From assembly GCA_963668695.2 (NCBI GenBank), contig CAXXLQ010000004.1, forward strand, positions 3,008,001-3,072,000: a stretch of 64,000 nucleotides of DNA, written 5' to 3'. Below the pieces are notes generated by a model. That model saw only the letters and a list, made by a program, of their open reading frames with translations. It was not told the origin of the DNA and searched no databases. Source of the DNA: Vicinamibacteria bacterium (lineage in GTDB: Bacteria > Acidobacteriota > Vicinamibacteria > Marinacidobacterales > Marinacidobacteraceae). A program made the translations under genes and the position numbers. Positions within the stretch are counted from its first letter, which is position 1; every line of letters starts with the position of its first letter. Positions 1-7,455 of the stretch are shown piece by piece.

Positions 1-163
1 CGGCGGATTCCGGAGGCGGCGTCGGAGCAGGGGCCGGGGCGGGAGCGGGAGCCGCGGGGCTGGAACTGTCGCCGCCGCAGCCGATCAGGGAGGCGGCGAA
101 GGCGGCCACCAAGAGGAGAGCAGTGAAGCGAGGGGGGGCGGTTCCAGGGGGAAGAGAGTGCAT
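1..163 (-). CDS. Lipoprotein, N-terminal part only (runs off the window start)
   Basis: Read by hand on the minus strand from ATG 163: MHSLPPGTAPPRFTALLLVAAFAASLIG-CGGDSSSPAAPAPAPAP; hydrophobic stretch, lipobox LIGC, Pro/Ala linker. Confidence 0.7.
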   Translation of the reverse strand, partial: MHSLPPGTAPPRFTALLLVAAFAASLIGCGGDSSSPAAPAPAPAPAPTPPPESA

Positions 164-246
164 GAGGGCGGAACGCTCCAAGGGGGATGGGCCGGGAGGC
201 CAGCGCAAGGGAAGACGCTCGGTGCGTCGATCGGCCGAGATTCTAT

Positions 247-269
247 ATATTGAAATCGGTTTTCAATAT
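247..269. promoter_or_regulatory. AT-rich palindromic operator, Fur-box-like
   Basis: ATATTGAAA-TCGGT-TTTCAATAT is a perfect 9-bp inverted repeat in an AT-rich patch about 85 bp upstream of the lipoprotein start. Confidence 0.55.
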
Positions 270-287
270 CAGACTAGAACAGCTTCC

Positions 288-2039
288 TCATGACAGTGCA
301 TCCGTCACCGCGACTGCGGTGCCCGTACGGACCGGATCCACTCCGGGCACGAAGGAAATTCCATCGCTCCCCTGCTTCCGGAGGATCCCGCTGGCCCGCC
401 CGAAGTGTCCGGTGAGGGCGGTCTCCTGTCGTACCAACACCTCGTGACCGCGCTTTTCCAGTCCGGCAGCTACCGCGTGGCAATTGAGAGTGCGGGCGTC
501 AAGGGTGATGGGCCCGGTATCGGCGTGAAAGCCGGGGCCACCGACGGCCTCTTGGATCGGCGCTTTGCGGTCCACCAGCCGGGCGACCCCGATCGCGACC
601 GCCGAAATGAGCCGTCGGCCGCCGGGCGAGCCCAGCACCGCCCACGGCGAGCCGTCGCGAAACAGGATTGCCGGCGCCGCCGCGTGGAGCGCCCGGCGTC
701 CGGGGGCCGGAGAGATCCTCCGGCCCGGGCGGGGATCGAACCACATCATCCCGTTGTTCAGGGGATACCCGAGCCCGGGCACCGCGAAGGCCGAGCCGAA
801 CCGCCCTCCGAGCGTTGCCGTGAGCGAGACCGCCATCCCGTCGGCATCCATGGCGTTCACGTGGGTCGTGCAGTCCGACGAGGGTCCCCCCGAGGGCGGA
901 GGAGTCGCAAATGCCCCACCGCCGGGAGGGATGGGTCTCGCGGGCGTTCCGATGCGCGGGCCGTCTGAAGACATGCCGTTCCGCCGCGCCCGGAGGTACT
1001 CCGGGCCGAGGACGCCGGGCAGCGGCACGGGTGCGCTCTCCGGATCTCCGAGATAGGCGAAGCGGTCGGCAAAGGCCAGCCGCAGCGACTCCGCCGCCAG
1101 ATGGAAGAACAGAATCTCTGGTTCGACGGAGCCGGTCGGAGGTTCCACGGGAGGGAAGGCGTCCAGATGGGAGAGGGCGGCGGCGAGGGTGGGGCCCCCG
1201 GAGTTCGCCGGCAGGGTGGCCACCTCGGAGTCCCGATAGCCGAACCGGAGGGGCGAGACTTCGCGGACCGGGATCTGCCCGAAGTCGGATTCCTGGAGAA
1301 TCCCGCCGGCCCCGCCCACCGCTTCGGCGAGCCGCCGCGCCACGGATCCCCGATAGAAGGGCTCGGGGCCTTCGACAGCAAGGAGCCGCAGCGACTCGGC
1401 GAGGTCGGGATTTCGCAGGCGATCATCCTCGCCGAAGGGCACGAACGGACTCCCGTCCTCGCGCGTATAGAGCGCGAACGCCGCCGGGCACCGTTTCAGC
1501 CGGCGGTAACCGGCCGCCGCGTGCACTGCGAACACCCAGTCGGGAACGAATCCTTCTTCGGCGAGGCGGATCGCCGGTTCGGCTACCGCCTCGAAGGAGA
1601 GCCTTCCGAAGCGGCGGTGCAATTCGAAGAGAACCGCGGGAGCCGTCGGGACCAGCACGCTGAGCGGCCCGGTCTCCGCCAGGTCCCCTCGCGTCGGGGG
1701 AAACCCGTAGAGCCCTCCGCCCACACCCGGCAACGGATCGAACATGTCCTCGCGGGTGTGGGCCGGACAACGCGCACTGCCGTCCAGCGCGACCGTCGAA
1801 GTGTTCGCCGGGTCGAAAACGACCGCGTAGGCGGTGCCGCCGAGGCCGTTCATCGCCGGCTCGACGACCCCGGCGGCGAGTCCGGCGGCCACCGCGGCAT
1901 CCGCGGCGTTCCCGCCCGCCGCGAGAATCTCGCCACCGGCACGGGCGGCGCCCGAGGTCATCGCGGTTACGGCGCCGCGGTTGCCGGCCACCCGCGAGCG
2001 CCCGGGCAGGGGGACCTGTTCGATCAGCGAGGTGGTCAT
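288..2039 (-). CDS. ggt: Gamma-glutamyltransferase family protein
   Basis: GGNAADAAVA, VVEP..NGLGG, nucleophile motif CTTHVNAMD, LNNGM, GSPGG. Confidence 0.9.
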   Translation of the reverse strand: MTTSLIEQVPLPGRSRVAGNRGAVTAMTSGAARAGGEILAAGGNAADAAVAAGLAAGVVEPAMNGLGGTAYAVVFDPANTSTVALDGSARCPAHTREDMFDPLPGVGGGLYGFPPTRGDLAETGPLSVLVPTAPAVLFELHRRFGRLSFEAVAEPAIRLAEEGFVPDWVFAVHAAAGYRRLKRCPAAFALYTREDGSPFVPFGEDDRLRNPDLAESLRLLAVEGPEPFYRGSVARRLAEAVGGAGGILQESDFGQIPVREVSPLRFGYRDSEVATLPANSGGPTLAAALSHLDAFPPVEPPTGSVEPEILFFHLAAESLRLAFADRFAYLGDPESAPVPLPGVLGPEYLRARRNGMSSDGPRIGTPARPIPPGGGAFATPPPSGGPSSDCTTHVNAMDADGMAVSLTATLGGRFGSAFAVPGLGYPLNNGMMWFDPRPGRRISPAPGRRALHAAAPAILFRDGSPWAVLGSPGGRRLISAVAIGVARLVDRKAPIQEAVGGPGFHADTGPITLDARTLNCHAVAAGLEKRGHEVLVRQETALTGHFGRASGILRKQGSDGISFVPGVDPVRTGTAVAVTDALS

Positions 2040-2045
2040 CCCGCT

Positions 2046-3074
2046 TCAGTCGGCGAGTAACGACGGGTCCGCGTTCCCGCCACAGAGGGGAGTGAGGATG
2101 TCGCGGCCCCGGAACCGATCGGGATGTTCGAGGAGCGCCGCGATCCCCGCGGCGCCGGCAGGCTCCACCACGAGTCCGAGGGTCCGATGGAGCAGGCGCA
2201 CCGCGTCACGAAGGGCTTCCTCGCTGACCTCGACGACCTCGTCAACCACCTGGCGCATGAGGGGAACCGCCTCCGGAACCGGAACGCGGACGGCGATTCC
2301 GTCCGCGATGGTCGCGGGTGCGACCTCCGCGGGGGACGGGTCCCCCGACAGGAAGGCATGCCGCATGACAGGCGCTTTGCGCGCCACCACGCCGACCACG
2401 ATCATTTCCGGAGCGGCGTGACGGATCCAGAGCCCCATCCCGCCAATGAGCGCCCCGTTTCCGATCGGAATCACGGCGGTGTCGGCCAAGACCCCCGCCT
2501 CCAGACACTCGAGCGCGATGGTGCCGGCTCCCTCGGTGATCTCCGGCTCCCGGCCGTCCTCCACGAACTCGGCGCCCTGGCTCCTGGCGAACTCGAGGGC
2601 TGCCTCCTTCGCGGCGTCGAAGTCCTCGCCGGTGAGACGGACGTCGGCGCCCAGGCTGCGCATTGCTGTGACCTTGTCGGGATTTGCGTGGAGGGAGGAG
2701 AACACCGTGAGCGGAATTCCCGACCGCCGCGCGGCCCACGCAAGCCCTTGTCCGAAGTTGCCCGCCGATCCGGTGACCCAACCAGGGCTGCCGGGGGGCA
2801 GGCCGCGCAGCCGGGCCGCGGCCTCCGGTCCCCGGCGGGCGCCGAACCAGCACGCGCCACGCGCCTTGAAGCTGCGGATCGGGTTGATGCATTCCACCTT
2901 GACGGTGACCCGGCAGCCGGTGGCCGCTCCCAGCGGGTCGGAGGCAAACATCGGGGTGTCCCGGAACTCGGGGGGGATGGCGGTCCGGGCGGCTTCGACC
3001 CCTTGCGGGGACGGTTCTGACGGCACGCCGGGGATGGTAAGCCGCGGGTCCGGGGTCTCGACCGTCGAATACAC
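2046..3074 (-). CDS. PLP-dependent threonine/serine dehydratase family enzyme
   Basis: SFKARG (PLP lysine), SAGNFGQG, PIGNGALIGG, TIADGIAV, VEPAGA, LCGGN. Confidence 0.88.
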   Translation of the reverse strand: MYSTVETPDPRLTIPGVPSEPSPQGVEAARTAIPPEFRDTPMFASDPLGAATGCRVTVKVECINPIRSFKARGACWFGARRGPEAAARLRGLPPGSPGWVTGSAGNFGQGLAWAARRSGIPLTVFSSLHANPDKVTAMRSLGADVRLTGEDFDAAKEAALEFARSQGAEFVEDGREPEITEGAGTIALECLEAGVLADTAVIPIGNGALIGGMGLWIRHAAPEMIVVGVVARKAPVMRHAFLSGDPSPAEVAPATIADGIAVRVPVPEAVPLMRQVVDEVVEVSEEALRDAVRLLHRTLGLVVEPAGAAGIAALLEHPDRFRGRDILTPLCGGNADPSLLAD

Positions 3075-3146
3075 TTCGGCTCCCGTTTCGATCGCAGTTG
3101 CCGCGCCGCCGGAACGCCTCGCGCGAGCAACGGGTGAGGAGTACCG

Positions 3147-4283
3147 ATGAAAGAAAAGGCACAGTGGACCGGCCGCAATATCAGCCGCCGGCAGTTCGTC
3201 CAGGTCGGCGCAGCCGGCGCGGCCGCACTCGGCGCGGCGGCGTCAGGAGCGCCCGCCGTCCAATCGTCAGGCCCGAAGCCAGTGGTGATTTCCTCCGGGA
3301 ACGGGAACCGCTACAAAAACGGCGGGGACGAGGTCGTCGTGGAACGCGCTTTCCGCATGATGACCGAGGGCAAGGACATCCTCGAGAGCCTGATTGCCGG
3401 AGTGAACATCGTCGAACTCGACCCCGAGGACGCGAGCGTCGGCTACGGCGGCCGCCCGAACGCGGACGGGGTGGTTCAACTGGACTCGTGCTGCATGCAC
3501 GGGCCAAACCGGCGTGCCGGCGGGGTTGCGGGGATCGAGGGAGTGCGGACTCCCGCCAACGTCGCCCACCAGGTCCTCCAGGTCACCGACCATCACCTGC
3601 TGGTCGGGAAGGGCGCCCAGGCCTTCGCCCGCAACATGGGCTTCGAGATCGAGGACGATTTGAACACGCCGCGCTCTCGGGAAATGTGGCTCGAGTGGAA
3701 GCGCCGCATCGATCCCGAGCACTATCTCGACCCCAAGACGCGCGCGGACGCCGCGCACGCCGCCGGGCTCGCCATGGTCCGCGACGGGCTGATGGACGAG
3801 GAGGACTACTACGGGACCATCAACTGTGACGGTCTGAACGCGAACGGCGACCTGGCCGGCGTAACGACCACGAGCGGCCTGGCCTGGAAAATCCCCGGGC
3901 GCGTCGGCGATTCACCAATCCTGGGGGCGGGTCTCTACGTGGACAACGCCGTGGGAGCGGCGGGATCGACCGGCCGCGGCGAGGCCAACCTCTACGGCCT
4001 CTGCTCGTTCCTCATCGTCGAAGAGATGCGGCGCGGCGCCCATCCCAAGGATGCCGCGATGACCGCACTTTCCCGCGTCAAGGACAACACGGTCGAAAAG
4101 CGGCTGCTCAACAGCCGGGGACTTCCGAAGTTCGGCCTGTCGTTCTACGTGGTGAACAAGGCCGGCGAATACGCCGGGGTCTCGATGTACTCCAGCGCCC
4201 GCTCGACCTACGCGGTCTGCACCGAGAACGGCCCCGAGTCGCTTCCCATGGAGCCCTTCCTCGAGGGGAACCCTTCGGAGTGA
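3147..4283 (+). CDS. N(4)-(beta-N-acetylglucosaminyl)-L-asparaginase (Ntn hydrolase), Tat-exported
   Basis: SRRQF Tat motif; SVGYGGRPN; GTIN nucleophile Thr; TTSGLAWKIPGRVGDSPILGAG; TGRGE. Confidence 0.9.
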   Translation: MKEKAQWTGRNISRRQFVQVGAAGAAALGAAASGAPAVQSSGPKPVVISSGNGNRYKNGGDEVVVERAFRMMTEGKDILESLIAGVNIVELDPEDASVGYGGRPNADGVVQLDSCCMHGPNRRAGGVAGIEGVRTPANVAHQVLQVTDHHLLVGKGAQAFARNMGFEIEDDLNTPRSREMWLEWKRRIDPEHYLDPKTRADAAHAAGLAMVRDGLMDEEDYYGTINCDGLNANGDLAGVTTTSGLAWKIPGRVGDSPILGAGLYVDNAVGAAGSTGRGEANLYGLCSFLIVEEMRRGAHPKDAAMTALSRVKDNTVEKRLLNSRGLPKFGLSFYVVNKAGEYAGVSMYSSARSTYAVCTENGPESLPMEPFLEGNPSE

Positions 4284-4657
4284 GGACCGCTCGGACGGTG
4301 CTGGCGAAGGGTGGCCGGGGCTGGCGGCGATCTGCCGTCCTGCCGGCGCTTGCCTTGGCATTGGGCCTTCCGGCCGTGGCCCGCGCCCAAGATCCCGCGA
4401 AAGGCGCCGAGGAGCAGCCCCGTCCACCGACCATCTTCGATTTCATCGACTACGAAGTGAGGGATCCCGAGAACCTGCATCCCCCGGCGCGGAAGTTTCA
4501 GGACAACTGGCGCCGCATCTGGGGCGCCCTCGGGATGCGCTACCACCTCTACCCGTCGCAGCAGACCGGGCCCGAGAACTGGCCGCCTCACCTCTACGCC
4601 GGTGGAATGAACTACAGCATCTGGCGAAACCCGGTGACCGGTTGGCCGGACTTCTGA
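4280..4657 (+). CDS. Small secreted hypothetical protein
   Basis: GTGA overlap with the upstream stop; signal peptide ending ARA-Q; W/P/Y-rich mature part. Confidence 0.65.
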   Translation: MRTARTVLAKGGRGWRRSAVLPALALALGLPAVARAQDPAKGAEEQPRPPTIFDFIDYEVRDPENLHPPARKFQDNWRRIWGALGMRYHLYPSQQTGPENWPPHLYAGGMNYSIWRNPVTGWPDF

Positions 4658-4699
4658 CCGTCCTTTCGAAGGGCTGAGACCTCGAACGGCCGCGGACGC

Positions 4700-6007
4700 G
4701 TGCGTATCCTGAGCTTCACCGCCGGGGCGGGAGAGATGCTCTGCGGGAGTTGTATCCGCGACAACGCGCTTGCCCGGGCGCTCGCGAGCCGGGGACACGA
4801 CGTCCGTCTCGTCCCGCTTTACCAGCGGAGCCGGAGTGACGAGGCGAGCGTCTCCGAAGCGCGGGTCCGGTTCGGAGGGATCTCGGTCTTCCTCCAGCAT
4901 GCCGCCCCGCTCTTCGGGGCCGTACCCGGACTCGACCGGATTCTGGATTCCGCGGCGCTGCTTGGCTTCGCGGAGCGATTTTCCTCGTCTACCGACCCGA
5001 CGAAGCTCGGACCGCTGACCGTAACTGCGCTTGAGGGAGCACGGGGACCGGCCCGGCGCGCGGTGGAAGCCCTTGCGGAGTCAGTGCGCGATGCCGGCCC
5101 CGATGTGGTGGTGCTCCCCAATTCGCTGCTTCTCGGTCTTGCAGCCCCACTTGCCTCGGCAACGGGCGCGCCGGTGGTGGTGACCTTCTCGGGAGAAGAT
5201 CTCTTCCTGTCGCAGTTGCCCCCCGCCGACCGTGAGCGGGCCCTCGGGCTCATGCGGGAGGCGGTGGACACCGCGGATCACTTCGTCGGGGTTACCGAGC
5301 ATCACGGGCGGGGGATGGCGAACACCCTGGGAATCCCCGAGGATCGGGTGTCCTTTGTTCGCCTGGGCGTGGATCCCGAAGGATTTCCGAAGGGTCCCAA
5401 GGCTCCGCCTGCAGTCGCAACGAAGGGGGCGCCGCAGGCGGTGACCATCGGCTTTTTCTCCCGGATCGCTCCGGAGAAAGGGTTGGATCGCCTGGCCCGC
5501 GCAGTGCTCCATTTGGCTGCGCAACCGGAGGCACCGCCTCTCCGGGTGCGGGCGGCCGGCTGGATGAGCCGCGCCGGGCAGGGCTATCTGGATGAGGTTC
5601 GGCGGCTGTTCGGCCCCGGCCGGGAGCGGGTTTCCTTCGAGTACCTCGGCGAATTGGACCGGGACGAGAAGATCGCGTTTCTGCGCGCGGCCGATCTGGT
5701 GGCGATACCTGCGGTCTTCCCCGAGCCGAAGGGACTTCCGGCGATTGAAGCGATGATGGCAGGCACTCCCGTGGTGGTTCCGCAGGAAGGGGCATACCCC
5801 GAACTGCTCGATCGAACCGAGGGAGGCGTTCTCGCCCGCTCCAGCGGGGCCGAGGACTTCGCCGCGGCGCTTTCGCAACTCGTGCTTCATCCGGAGCGGA
5901 GAGCCAGCGTCGGGGCGCGCGGCTTCGAGCGCGTCAGGGAGGAACACTCGGCCGACCGGATGGCCGAAGAGGCCGAGGCGGCGTTCGCGCGGGTGATCGC
6001 CGCCTGA
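4700..6007 (+). CDS. Glycosyltransferase family 4
   Basis: N-terminal AGAGEMLCGSCIRDN; SRIAPEKG; EPKGLPAIEAM (E-x7-E) GT-B motif. Confidence 0.88.
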   Translation: MRILSFTAGAGEMLCGSCIRDNALARALASRGHDVRLVPLYQRSRSDEASVSEARVRFGGISVFLQHAAPLFGAVPGLDRILDSAALLGFAERFSSSTDPTKLGPLTVTALEGARGPARRAVEALAESVRDAGPDVVVLPNSLLLGLAAPLASATGAPVVVTFSGEDLFLSQLPPADRERALGLMREAVDTADHFVGVTEHHGRGMANTLGIPEDRVSFVRLGVDPEGFPKGPKAPPAVATKGAPQAVTIGFFSRIAPEKGLDRLARAVLHLAAQPEAPPLRVRAAGWMSRAGQGYLDEVRRLFGPGRERVSFEYLGELDRDEKIAFLRAADLVAIPAVFPEPKGLPAIEAMMAGTPVVVPQEGAYPELLDRTEGGVLARSSGAEDFAAALSQLVLHPERRASVGARGFERVREEHSADRMAEEAEAAFARVIAA

Positions 6008-6029
6008 AACCAGTTCAAGAAGGGAAACA

Positions 6030-7127
6030 ATGGAAACCGATCTTCAAGACACCGAGGCCGCCGTCGCGGCGCGCCAGGACCTTGACCAGCATGTGCGAGA
6101 CATGGTGCGCTGGCATTTCTCGGAAGAGACGGGATGTCCGTTCTGGCTCGATTTCCGGAAACGGCTGGATTTCGACCCCATTGCGGCAGTTCAGGGCTTT
6201 GACGACCTGAGGAAGTTTCCCCCGTTCGAAGACGAATGGCTCCGGGGCGGGCCGGTGCGCCGCTGGATCCCCGCGCCCTACCAGGACCGGCCGCTCTACG
6301 TCTTCGAGACCGGCGGCACCACGGGAATCCCCAAGAGCCGCACGTCGGTGGACGACTTCCGCACCGACTACGAGCTGTTCAGCGCGGTGCTGGCCGACGA
6401 GCACTTCCCGCCGGGGTCCAACTGGCTGATGCTGGGACCCTCGGGGCCGCGCCGGCTACGGCTCGCGGTGGAGCATCTGGCCCAGTTCCGGGGCGGGATC
6501 GCGTTTTGCATAGATCTCGACCCGCGCTGGGTCATCAAGCTGATCCGGAAGGGTTGGACCGAACACCTGCTGGCGTATCAGGCGCACGTGATTGACCAGG
6601 CGCTGACCGTGCTGTCGGCCGGCCACGACATCCGCTGTCTCTTCACGACGCCGAAGCTGCTCGAAGCGCTCTGTTTGCGGCTCGAGGACGAGGGGAAGAC
6701 CCTCGCCGAGACGGGGATCCGGGGCATCTTCTCGGGGGGCACGGAGTTCACCCCGCAGTGGACCCGATTTGCGATGGAGGAGTTGCTGGACGGCGTGTTC
6801 CTGCAGCCCACCTACGGCAACACCCTGATGGGGCTCGCCCCGGCCCGCCCGCCGACTCCCGAGGACGGCTACAAGATCGCCTACTACCCGCCGATGCCCC
6901 GCGCCGTGCTGGAGGTCGTGGATTCCGACACCGGCGACGTCGTGGACTACGGCGAAACCGGGCGGGTGCGTCTCGCCACGCTCACGCGGGAGTTCTTCGT
7001 CCCCGGTTTCCTGGAGCGCGACGAGGGCGAACGCGAGCCGCCCTGGGGCCCCTACGCCTGGGACGGCGTCAGCGGCGTCCGCCCCTTCGGCAAGCTCCCC
7101 GGCGGCACCACGGTGGGGGTGTACTGA
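6030..7127 (+). CDS. EhpF/PaaK/LuxE-like atypical adenylating enzyme
   Basis: WHFSEETGCPFW, P-loop ETGGTTGIPK, SGGT, YGNT, GETGRV..T.L..EFF.P.FLERD; RBS GAAGGGA. Confidence 0.75.
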   Translation: METDLQDTEAAVAARQDLDQHVRDMVRWHFSEETGCPFWLDFRKRLDFDPIAAVQGFDDLRKFPPFEDEWLRGGPVRRWIPAPYQDRPLYVFETGGTTGIPKSRTSVDDFRTDYELFSAVLADEHFPPGSNWLMLGPSGPRRLRLAVEHLAQFRGGIAFCIDLDPRWVIKLIRKGWTEHLLAYQAHVIDQALTVLSAGHDIRCLFTTPKLLEALCLRLEDEGKTLAETGIRGIFSGGTEFTPQWTRFAMEELLDGVFLQPTYGNTLMGLAPARPPTPEDGYKIAYYPPMPRAVLEVVDSDTGDVVDYGETGRVRLATLTREFFVPGFLERDEGEREPPWGPYAWDGVSGVRPFGKLPGGTTVGVY

Positions 7128-7145
7128 CGTCCGATCCGGCGTTAA

Positions 7146-7360
7146 CAGCCTGTGGCGAAACCCATGCGGCCCAGTTCTCCCGGTGGGGGCTCGCCCGGCG
7201 ATGCATCCCGGCTGAATCACTCCGCTTCGCTTCGTTCCGCGTTGCGTTTCGGTCGAAATACACTCGGTATTCCTCCCTCACGCGCCTTGTCAGCCGGGCG
7301 CCTCGCCCCACCGGGAGAACTGGCCGGGCTCGGCGCTCACCTCGGTTCCACCACAGGCTG
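7146..7360 (+). mobile_element. MITE copy M1 (215 bp; 18-mer at sites A and C)
   Basis: TTAA|CAGCCTGTGGCGAAACC...GGTTCCACCACAGGCTG|TTAA; 18-mer at 7171-7188 and inverted at 7306-7323. Confidence 0.88.
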
Positions 7361-7379
7361 TTAAGGACAGGCGCCGGAT

Positions 7380-7406
7380 GCCCGGCGTACATCCACCGGG
7401 CGCTAC
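7380..7406 (-). repeat. GTAG-type REP-like hairpin
   Basis: Minus strand reads GTAGC-GCCCGG-TGGATGTACG-CCGGGC; only one copy seen. Confidence 0.35.
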
Positions 7407-7455
7407 GGGCTGCGATTTTGCCGGGAGGCGAAGACTTCCCGAGGAGGACAAGAAG

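Noticed and set aside
6030-7127. Phenazine biosynthesis cluster
   Set aside because: Only EhpF/EhpG-like tailoring homologs are present; no phzA-G core genes are in the window.
7378-7455. ORF-track start of the 984-aa amidohydrolase
   Set aside because: It lies in a REP-like hairpin; ATG 7456 has a GAGGAGG RBS and yields a proper signal peptide.
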